A DNA stretch of 64,000 nucleotides, taken from NCBI GenBank assembly GCA_051294375.1, contig CM119265.1:15104963-15168962 (forward strand), written 5' to 3'. The stretch comes from Paraspadella gotoi. Its lineage: Eukaryota; Animalia; Chaetognatha. Below the pieces are notes generated by a model, which was not told the DNA's origin, searched no databases, and saw nothing but the letters and a program-made list of their open reading frames with translations. The position numbers and the translations under genes are program-made. Each line of letters opens with the position of its first letter. Position 1 is the first letter of the stretch. Positions 1 to 11,200 of the stretch are shown in pieces.

Positions 1-198
1 GTTTTGTAATACGAATTGTATTGATATTGTTTTTCGGACGATTATCTTTGATGTGGGTGTATTTGACATTTTCTTATTTGAATTTTTTATTTATCTATAT
101 TAATTTGTTGAAAATTTTGACTATTCACAAGTCGACGTCGGAAAAAAATTATTCTAAAACTGCTTCTTGGCTTTCCGAAAAAAAAGAAGCCAACGAAT

Positions 199-1486
199 AT
201 GGAGTCCTCGCTCCTCAAATCCCACGAGGCCTTTAAGGCCCGCGCCCTGGCCACTCCAGTTGTGGAAAAGACAATCAAGAAAAAAGACGGTGGAAGCGGA
301 AAGAACTCTCCCTCCTTATCACGACGCTCCACCCCGACCCCTTCGCCTGCGCCGAACTTTGATTATAAAACTAGCACCGGTTCTTCACAGTACAAGTTTA
401 GGTAGTTCGCTGTGCACGCTTGTTGATGAGTTGAAAAAATTGTCCGTTTTACTAAAAGTTACTCATTCTCCATTTACTCTTCAGCGTTTTGGCGAAAATT
501 GTCAAACATATGCGAACTCGACACCAGCAAGGGGATAGATATCCGCTGTCCCTTGAAGAGATTCTGGATGAAACTCACCAAACAGATCTGGGATTCAAGA
601 CCAAAGGTTTTGTCCTAAGAATTTCCTTTTCTCACGGTTGTGGTTGAAGTTTAAACCACTTTTCCGGGTTACTTTTCCTTTCACTAATCTTTATTTAGTT
701 TGGCTGGAAAACGAAGCCCTGGGAAATAACCCAAAGATCGAAATTGTGCCTCCGGAAGACGGTTCCGACAAGAAATACGGATTTAAACCTGCCATTCCTG
801 TCAAAGACCGAAAGACGCTCTTGCAATATTTGGACAAGCAAGAGAGCGAAGGACTTGGTCAGTTTGGGAAGTTAATAGGCCAGTTATTAAATGGTGCCGG
901 CCACATATGTGACAGTTTCTATATCTAACTATAAAAGTTTTGCTCCCATTTGTTCATAGTTTATTTTCTTTCATAGGCGGCGTCTTAATGGACGACATTG
1001 AGGAAGCGTTGCCCCACGCACAGAAGGCGATTCGCCGTCTGACGGAGGAGAATCACATCGCCACCGTCGCACGTTCTCAGGACAAGAAGCAAATCGTCTT
1101 CTTCAGGCCAAAAGGTAAGAGATGCTTATGCAAGTTTTTTTTTCGTTTACGTCTAATCAAATTTGGCAAATCCTTACACTGCTCTTTTAGGCCGAGAGTT
1201 TCGCGTGGACGAAGAGTTCGTAAAACTGTGGCGCGGGGTAGCCGTCGATGGCATTGACGACGGCAAAGTCGAGGAATACTTAAAGAAGCACGGAATTACC
1301 TCGATGGAGGACGTGGCGCCAGGCAAGAGGATCATCGGAAAAGATCTCAAACGGAAAAAGGGAAAATCGAAAGCTAAAATCGTTAACAATGAACATTTGA
1401 AAGACGTTTTCAAGATTATTCGGACAAGGCTGCCCTCGGCGGGAAAAAAATCGAAAATTGAGGAGACTGTCTTTGCCGCTTTTTAA
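199..1486 (+). CDS. GTF2E2: Transcription factor TFIIE beta subunit, 5 exons; probable 1-nt deletion near 1409 (corrected stop at 1461)
   Basis: Spliced translation ...[37 protein letters not shown]...[10 protein letters not shown]...[15 protein letters not shown]...NNEHLKDV matches TFIIE-beta motifs; GT-AG introns at 402-484, 607-698, ~858-976 and ~1114-1190. Confidence 0.93.
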
Positions 1487-1587
1487 TACTCGAGCTTACT
1501 GTGATAAAACTTAGCTCGCCGGGTGTGAGCAACTTACCATTTTTTCATTGTTATTCGTTTATAGAATAGTAAATCCTACAAAACGCT

Positions 1588-3728
1588 ATGAATCTCGAAC
1601 TTTTGGAAAACTTCGGCAGAATTATCCCGAAGACTACGATGGAGCGTTGGATTGTTTTTCGATGGCGCTCACGTGCCAATTTAATCGACAGGGAACGCTC
1701 CTTGCGGTCGGTTGCAACGATGGGAGACTAGTCATCTGGGATTTTTTGACCAGGGGTGAGTTTGAAACGGATATACCAGTAACCGCGTTTTATTGGTTTT
1801 ATTTAATTTTAAAGTGTTTTTTGTGAACTACAGGCATCGCTAAGCATATTAACGCTCATGTGCATCCGATTTGCTCACTTTCATGGACACGGAACGGCCG
1901 TCGCGTGGTTAGTGCGTCCACGGACAATTGCGTTTGCATTTGGGACGTTTTGACGGGAGATTGCGTCAAAAAATATCGGTTTCCCTCGCCAGTACTTAAA
2001 GTAAGTTTTGATATATACCCATTTCGTAGCTACGTCGATTCGTCGAATCGAATTCAACTGATTTCAAATGAAATTCCAGGTGATGGTGAATCCCAGAAAT
2101 AGTAACATACTCATCGTCTGCCCCCTCAAACATTCCCCCGTTATAATCAACACGGGATCAAATCAACATTCAGTTTTGCCTCTCGACGAAGATGGCGACC
2201 CCAATATCATCGCTTCTTTTGACCGAAGAGGAAAATACGTGAGTGAATAAGTCTGTAGTTTGGGCGACGGTTATGGTTATTTGTGATACGTCAAAACTTA
2301 ACTAACCAACCAACCGCCTTGTGACAGATATACACGGGAAATTCGCGCGGTCGGATATGTGTCCTCAGTAGCAAGTCGTACAAGACGATCGCCTCCTTCC
2401 GAATAAGCGCCGGCAACAATATTATCATCAAATCGATCGAGTTCGCCCGACGCGGAGACAGGTTAGTTTTAAGTTGGTTACAAATTTCACTGGCGACCTA
2501 ATTCGTAATTATTTTATATCCAGCTTTTTAGTGAACTCGTCGGACAGGATAATTCGGATTTACGAAGCAGGGGAAGTTTTAGCTTGCGGAAAAGATGGAG
2601 AACCTGAACCCATTCAGAAATTGCAGGTTAATACTGTGATATCCGTTAAGTATTGGAATTTGAGCGCGGTATCCCATTGAAGAATTTCATCGCTAAATCT
2701 TTTACAGGATCTAGTCAATCGAACTCTATGGAAAAAGTGCTGTTTCTCTGGAGACGGAGAATACGTTGTGGCTGGCTCGGCCCGTCAACACTCGCTCTAT
2801 ATCTGGGAAAAAAGCATCGGGAATTTAGTGAAAATTCTTCACGGCACCAAAGGCGAGGTGCTACTTGACGTTGTTTGGCACCCCGTCAGACCGACCATCT
2901 GCTCTATATCCGCTGGCTTGGTTTCGATATGGGCGCAGGTTTGTTACATCCATTTTTATTTTTAATAATCTACTGTTCAAAAAGGTGATGACATTGATTT
3001 TTAGAGTCAAGTCGAGAACTGGAGCGCATTCGCTCCTGATTTTAAAGAATTAGAAGAGAATCTCGAGTACGAGGAACGCGAGTCCGAATTCGACCTTGAA
3101 GACGAGGACAACCCCAAAGAGGCGGAGAAGGAAGATTCGAAAGCCAAGGAAGAGGACGTCGACATAGACGTGGTCACTTGTGAGTCTTAAGAGGATAGAT
3201 TAATTTTTTATGTAAACATTTTCGAATATTTTCAATTTCCTCCTTTTAGGCGAACCAATCGCGGCATTCTGCTCTTCCGACGAAGAGACGGACGCGGAAG
3301 AGGACGCGCTTCTTTTTCTCCCCGTCGCTCCTGAAATCGACGATCCCGATGAAGGAGGCGGAGGACCCGGCGGTTGGGGCGCCCTTTCCGGCAGCCTCCT
3401 TTCCGGCGGCGTTCTCGGCGAAATTGGCGGCGATTCCGTCAACGGTTCCAACGGCGCCGAGAAAGACATCCCTTTGGGCACCAAAAGACGCACCGGCCCG
3501 GGCGATGCAGACGCCAAAGGCAAACGGAAAAAGCCCGATGAAGTGACTATCTCGCTTCCGCGAGCCCCGATGGACGTTGAGCATCCACTGTTGAACCCTA
3601 AAATGGAAAAGCCTCAAAAACCATCGACGAAAGGGGGAGGGGGCAACGGCGGGAGAGGCCGACCCAGGGTCAACGATGACGGTGGGGGAGGCGGCGGGGG
3701 TTCGAGGAAGAGAAAAGAAAAGTGTTGA
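1588..3728 (+). CDS. RBBP5: RBBP5/Swd1 WD40 subunit of COMPASS/MLL, multi-exon; 1-nt frameshift at ~1615
   Basis: [109 protein letters not shown]. Confidence 0.96.
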
Positions 3729-3823
3729 ACTTTCTTCGTACACTACTTGTCATATCCCATCGATCCGTTTTCATTTCATCTTCATTTTTCTATGCAGATA
3801 GAAAAAAAAAAGTGACTATGTAG

Positions 3824-4837
3824 ATGACTCGTATCTTGTTGCCGACGCGTTTGTTATTCCACACTTCCTCGATGCATAACAACAACACTAATCCCGTCGA
3901 GTTGGGGAAGCGTCTGGCTGCTTTTGCCGCCGTCGACGACAATGTGAAGGACTCGATGGTGGTCGGAATTGGCAGCGGTTCAACTATCGCTTATGCTGTT
4001 GAAAGAATTGCCCAACGCGTTCGGGAAGGCCTCAAGGGTGCGACTCGTGACGGTCCGTTACGACTGTAGTCCAAGTCGTTTTAATTGGTTCCGATTTTAT
4101 GCAGACCCGATTTGCGTGCCGACATCTTTCCAGGCTAAGCAACTCATAATCGACAACAATCTTATTCTTTCCGATTTGGAACGGCATCCGACGTTAGATG
4201 TCGCCATCGATGGGGCCGACGAAGTCGACGCCAAACTTAACCTTATCAAAGGTCCGCTTCCTTTGAATGTCTTATTTTGATAGATTTTCTTTTAACTGTG
4301 TGGACTCCAGGTGGCGGTGGCTGTTTAACTCAAGAGAAGATAGTCGCTTCATGCGCCAAAAAGTTCGTGGTTGTGGCCGACTACAGGAAGGACTGTTCTA
4401 AGCTTGGCGAAAATTGGAAAAAGGGCGTGCCCATCGAAGTCCTTCCTGTGGCTTGGAAACCGGTCTCGCTAAAGATCGGTACGCGGTTAATATCCTTTTG
4501 CAGAGATAGTTTTTAATTTATCGTGAGAAGCATTCTTTCCGATTTCATTTTAGAATCTCGGTTGGGCGGCGTTGTGGACTTGCGAATGGCGCAGAGCAAA
4601 GCCGGTCCTTTGGTGACCGACAACAGCAACTTTATTCTTGATTGGCGATTCGAGACGGGCGTTCGTGAGACGAACAACCTGGTGGCCGAAATCCTCGCAG
4701 ATTCGGGCTCGGCTTCTTGGCTTGAGGTCGATCGGCAGTTAAATACTATTCCCGGCGTAGTTGAAACGGGACTTTTCTGTGGAATGGTTTCCCGGGTCTA
4801 CTTTGGTATGAAGGACGGCACCATCAAAATCAAATAA
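3824..4837 (+). CDS. RPIA: Ribose-5-phosphate isomerase A, 4 exons
   Basis: [69 protein letters not shown]. Confidence 0.96.
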
Positions 4838-5242
4838 CGGCGTTTTTCTGTTTGCTGATTCGGTACAAGAAACTAAGTTTTGGTGTAAAGATTTTTCGAG
4901 GGAAAGGTCATTCTTTGAGTTATGTTATGAGGCGAAAATCAGTTTCACAAACTTTTTAGATTTATTGTTATTTTAATTATAAATTTACAATAACTCCATC
5001 ATAAAATGCCCAAAAAATATTCTCATAACATGACTTTCATTTCGTGTCGATATTTCAATCTCCATAGTTCATGCCGATTACGTGATATTATTATATACCT
5101 CATTTCTATGCTTCGGTAAGAGTTGTGCCTTACTCTCCATTTATATTTTTGTATATTTTATATTAACTATTTGATATTAACTGATTATTTTTGATAATTT
5201 TTTACGTAGTTTTTTTAAAACTCTCTTTGCCCCGCGTGGAAA

Positions 5243-8200
5243 ATGAAACGCGCTCCGTTGCGAGATAAAAAGAACAAAATGGTGTACGAAGAGTCGGAGG
5301 TGGAAGATCGCGACATGAATCAGATTCGACCATTTTACTTTCCCATTCGCGATGCATTCGTGGTAAGACTAAACCTTTTTTGGGTAAAATTTTTGTTTCG
5401 CCGACCGGGTTTTTGTCGTCTTGAAAAATCATTTAAAATCATTTAAAAATATTGATATAAAAAAATTATTACCAAATTACCATAAACCCTTTTTACCCTT
5501 AACCTTAAATCACTCTTAACCTTAAACCCCCCCCCTAACCCCGGTCGGCGAAAGTAAAATCACGCCTTATTTTATGATTTTTCCATGACTTAAAAATACA
5601 TTGACAAACAGGTGTTAAAGAGGTCCCGTTATACGCTTTTCTACCCTTAGGCTGTATCGGATGGCAAAGATAGTCCCTCCTCTCAAGTTAGAAAGCTTTG
5701 CGCTCGTCTTTCATCCATTGCTAATGATGAGGCATCGGTCGACAAATTTTTTCTCGACGTTCGCCACTTTTCAATGTACTCTATTGTTGTCGGCCAGCGT
5801 GAACCTGTGGTCGAACGCACGATCAAGTTCATCGCTGACCTCTGCACCTACCGACCCTCTAACAAAAAAGGGAAGAGCGACGCTAAGGAAAACAACGATG
5901 GCGGTGGTAAATATTGACCATTTATGGCTTATGCTCGCAAAATTTTCTTTCATTGCTTATATTTTTTACTTAGATGCGAATGATGCAATTTTCAAAGGCG
6001 ACAATCCCATATTGGCGAGGATGCTCAACTTTGCGCTAGACAACCAGAATGCGGCCGATAAGGCGGTCCGATTTCGATTGTGTCAGGTGATTATAAATTT
6101 CCCTGAAGTTTTCATTCGTTTTTTTAATGAAAAATCATTTTTAAATTTTCGTAGATAATAAATCTGTGCCTTGAAAACCTCGGGGAAGATGCTGATTTAG
6201 ACGACGACATCTTCGATCGTCTCCTCGAAGTTCTTCCAAAGCGAATGAAGGACCGGAATCCCACTATTCGTCAGCAGGCAGCTTTGGCGCTTCATCGCCT
6301 GCAGGTAGTGTTTGCACGTTATTTTTTTCGAACGTACAGTGTGTCCCAGTGTGTCTCCGTTAGCTTAACTGTGTCTTTAAATCTTATTTCTGGGATAACG
6401 ATTTCAAAGATAAGTTCGTATAATTTATGATAGTCTATTTCAATTTTAATTTTTTAAATTTTATTTTCAAAACAATCAATTTAAATGAGTCTTTTTTTTT
6501 TCTTTTAATTTTTTGTAACGCTTTTGCGCATAAGTGGTGTAGTCGTTGTGTCGTCGGCGTTCCAAATTATAGATCGCCTTTTTATCATCGCAATCGCTTA
6601 GCGTTTTCGACGCTAACTTTTGTCTGTTTTGAACGCTCTTGCGCATAAGTGGCGTTGTCGGTGTTGTCGTCGTCGGCGTTCCAAATTATAGATCGCCTTT
6701 TTTATGATTAAATTTGGGTGTAAGAAGCTGAAAATTTATATACAGCTTGTCATCGATGTGCTTAAAATTGAGTCTGGACAGTTATTAATAATAGGGACGT
6801 CTGGCGTTAAGCGTCCGAGATAAAAATTAGTGAATAAAAAAGTTATTTTACTCGCTGAATAAAAATACTTAAAATACTTACAAAATACATAAAATTAATA
6901 AAATTATTATTGCGATGACATTGTTCAATCACATGCAATATATCTAGTGCCTTTTTTTTTTTTGAAATTGATAGATATTAATTAAAAATATTAGAATTAA
7001 TTTTTCTTTTTGATATAATAAGAGAACCAAACTTCCGTCACTTGATGTCGTCAGGTTACTAGTAAATATGCGTTTGAGGAATCTAAATCTGTTTTAAAAT
7101 TGACCTACGTAGACGCGCATAGACGCGATATGCCTTGAAATCAAGTTTGTTCCGTTACTGTTAAAAAAAAAGTAAAAAATCATGTAGCAACCTTAAAAAA
7201 CATATGATTTAAATATGTTTGTTTGTTCCCCTGATTTAAAAACTACTGACATAGGGCTAAAAGACTGTATTATCATATTTTTAAGTTGTGGTCATCTTCA
7301 GGTAAAATTAAAACCATTAGCTATATTAATATAAAAATAATTTATTAAAAAACTACAATCTTTAAATAACACGCTAATGCATGTAGCTGTATGGTTAAAT
7401 TATTGTTTTTATAAGGCATGTTTGGCAAAAACAGTCAGAAACAAAAATGAGGATAAATTTTGAGAAAAAATTTGGAATAATTGCTATTATTTCTTAATAT
7501 GACGTCGTTATTTTTTTTTTATGTGCTTGAAAGAGGCTAAACCCAACAGAATTGGAATCAGTGCATGACCGCTGTATATTTATTTGAATTAATGAAAAAA
7601 TATCAATTCTAACAAAAAATTTCAAAATAAATTAATTTAAAAAATTATTTTTGTTAATATTTATGATACTGAAGATCAACATTGAGTAGTTATAGACAGA
7701 ATATATTAAAATTTATTAGTCCCAATTATTACAAATGTAAATATAAGATTTAGCTGTCTATGAGGCCTGGCAGAAAAAAATTATCACAATTTTATGTCAT
7801 TATGCTATCATAAAATAATTTTAATGCATCATGTAAGGTATCATATAAAAGCTAACGATGTCTGCTACATGATAGCAAGTGAAAAAAAAATTTTTTTAAT
7901 AAAAATAAAAAATCACCAGACTACCCTATTATTTAATGTTTTGTTTACGTTTTTTCAAAGCAAACAAATTTTCTCTTTTTTATTTTTATATTTCTTTCTC
8001 TCTCTCTTTTCTCTTTTAATTACATCTCTCTCTTTTCCCTAGTCACTGATTTTTAAGGAAAAAAAAACTAGTCTTCAGCTGGCTCTGCACGGGCTTATTC
8101 TTTTTCTCTCTTTTCTCCTGCTGCTTCTGCTGCTGCATTTTGATTTCTTTCTCTGCAGCTGGTTCTACAGGGGCTCTTTCTTTTTCTTTTTTCTACTGTT

Positions 8201-11200
8201 GCTTCTGCTGCTGCTTTTTGATTTCTTTTTTTTTCTCTCTCTTTCTCTGCGTTTTTATTAAATATTTTTATTAATTTTCCTTGATAGTAATATCTTTTAA
8301 GATTTCTTATTATATGTCGCTNNNNNNNNNNTGACTCTTCTGACACGTCTCTCTTTCTTTCTTTCTTTTTTGTTATTAAAAAAACATTTTTTGTCAGCTT
8401 CGAACTCGTGAGGTTAAGCATCGCAGTCGCTTTTTAATTTCTAAGCTAATTTTATTTTTTTGGAGTTTTTTGTTTTTCTGTTTTTTTTTATGCGATTGCG
8501 ACGATCCTTATACTTGAGATTTTTAAGGTCCGAGTTTGAGTCCTTATTATGAGATTATTGTATTAAAGGAAGTTGGGAACGTTATTAAAATATACTAACC
8601 GTTTACTAACCGTTTACTAACCGTTTAACTGGTTTTAGGATCCGTCTTCAAAGGATTGTAAAGTCATTCAAATCTTCAAATTCTTTGTCTCTTGTGATCC
8701 AGTGGCCGACGTGAGACGCCAAATCGTTTCTTTGATAGCGCTGACCTCTAATACTCTTCCCGGTGCGTCAATGCTAGCAATTTTTTTTTTTTATGGGAAT
8801 CATTTATTTTTAATTTCTCTTTTTCCCATAGAAATAATTCGTCGCACGGTTGATACCAACGAATCGGTTAGGAAAGCCGCTTACACCGTTCTTTCCGAGA
8901 AGGTTGGCTTGAAGGGCTTCAGCATTCATCGCCGTCTCAAGTTGCTTAGAGATGGCTTCCAGGTTCGGTTGGGAATAATATACTTTTTGCCTAAAATGCC
9001 CATCTGCCTATGATGCTTTTTTCCGTGTTTCAACTGAAAAACCCATGATTACAACCTCTTATTTCTGAGGCAAAATGTGCTAAATATTATAAATGTGGGA
9101 TGAGAGAGAGGTTATGGATAAGATAGTCGTGCTCGTTTATTCCCAGGACACGCCAAGAGTCAAAGCAGTAGTCGAAAACAAGCTTTTGTTAGCTTGGCTC
9201 CGAGTTTGCCGAAACGACAAGATTGAACTGTTGAAGCACTTGGACGTCGAGGACGAGCCCAAGCTCATGCTCAAAATTTTACATTCCATATTCAAATTGT
9301 CCAAATCGCCTGAGGAGATCGATGAATTGATCCAAGTTAGTTTTTCATAGACTAATGGTGTTATATTACAACCTACAGCAGTGTTTTCTCTATTAGGAAT
9401 TTCGCGGCGCCTACTTGAACGAAGACTTATTAATTGCCGATGATAAACTTTGCGCCGAGACCGTTTTCTATTGGGGCGCATTAGCTCGTTACCTGAGCAA
9501 GACGCAGGACTCTGACAATCGTGTTTCCCCGACACCGTCTGCAACCAGCCTCGACGACAACGCTGAAGATGGGGGCATTGATGTTTTAGGCAAATTACTT
9601 CCACCTTCTCCGCAAACCTTCATGGAGTACCTCAAGGTAACCTGATAAGCATTGACTTGTTTCCGCCCCATATTTATTTCTGCTTCTCGACTACAGAGCT
9701 ATCTGGATAAGTTAAAGAAGGTGGAAGATCTTAACGCAAGTCAAGAAGAATTGGACGAAGCTATGACGGCAGATTTCACTTGCGAGCAGTTGTTGAGCAT
9801 TGTTCCAGGTACAAGTGGCGACCACCACGTTTCCTCTATTTAGTGTTTCATTGTGAGTGCGGATAAATAAATAAATTGCGTTCAAACGATATGTGCATAT
9901 ATTACAGACTATTATCATCCCATGAATTGAGTGTAGTCATCTTTGCTCTAGTTTTTAATAACATTTTTTATCAAATTTTCAGTGTACGATTGGTCTTTGT
10001 TTCCGAACGAGCGCAAGATCATGCAGGAATTTTTGCGAAACCGAGTTATAGACGCTAAGACTCCGCTTCTTGTCATTCCACCATTACTCAAGCAGTGGCG
10101 ACTATTACTAGAGCCTGGAACCGAAATTCAACTCGTTGCAGACATTCTTGCGGAAATCCAGGTAGGGCGTTTATGAACTTTCTCTCAAGAAAGCTGTTGT
10201 AAGATATACATATATACTTACATATGTGTAGTTTACTTTTTTTGACAAATGACCTTAACCGATTCTGTTGAAGTCGCCCCCCCCCCACATAAGGCCTCGT
10301 AACCTCGAGGTGCCAATATCGCGAAAAGTTATCAGAAAATAACAATAAAAAACAAATGAAACGAAGTTAAATGTTATAAGACTGTACATTAACTTGGCTT
10401 TCCCAAAATAACCTATTCTCAGAATGGAGAATATTTTTCTGATTCCCAAAACCTTTCTCAATTCACTTTTTTTGGAACATTATCTTGCATATTAACCAGT
10501 TTAAATTCTCAACCATAGTTAGGTTTCTATTATAAATTTTATGGCAACGGGGGATGCCCGGGCTGTAAGGCATCTCCCGACAGCCGGCGCTTCAAGAGGC
10601 GATTTTAGGAGTCGTCACACTACAAAAAAATTGCTAACAAAATTGCTTTCCCCTTCGACTGTAGGCACCAATGGGCACCGAAGAGGAAGCTAAAGACTTG
10701 ATTATATCGATGACCGAAGCCAAAGTGGAGGTCATGGAAGCCTTGCAACACGTTATGGAGTTGCAAGACGAGTTGGACGAAGCGGTCAAAGACAAAGACT
10801 TTGCCAGGTCAATTTTATTCGAGTGGGAAAGTCGGTGTCTAGCGAGTTTGTAATTTTTTTTTGTCCAACAGAGCGCAGAAATTACAAGAACAGTTGGATA
10901 TTAAAAAAAAAATACACGAAGAAAAAAAATGCAAGTTCGAAGCCGCGCAGGCTGACAAAGAATCTTTGGTTCCTGAAAGAACAGGTAACGGAATTAAATT
11001 CCATAAATCTGATGTGAATCATGTGATCTATGTATATTTTATACATGCGTTATGTACAGAAAAACGAGTTCACAACGTTGAAGATGAAAACGTTCTTCAA
11101 CATTGTCTCACTATTCTTTCCGATACTCTTGAAAAAACTCAAGACACTATTTCAAAAAAAGAGCTCCTCCTTCCAACGCTACAGGTATTTCACATCACAT

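Noticed and set aside
9844-9852. Possible 9-nt microexon AG|TGTTTCATT|GTGAGT in NCAPG
   Set aside because: The upstream intron would be 35 nt, well below the ~52-nt minimum seen elsewhere in the window.
10745-10910. UVR-like coiled-coil motif (LDEAVKDKDFARAQKLQEQL) in NCAPG as a novel domain
   Set aside because: A similar segment is, to my knowledge, a normal part of metazoan CAP-G.
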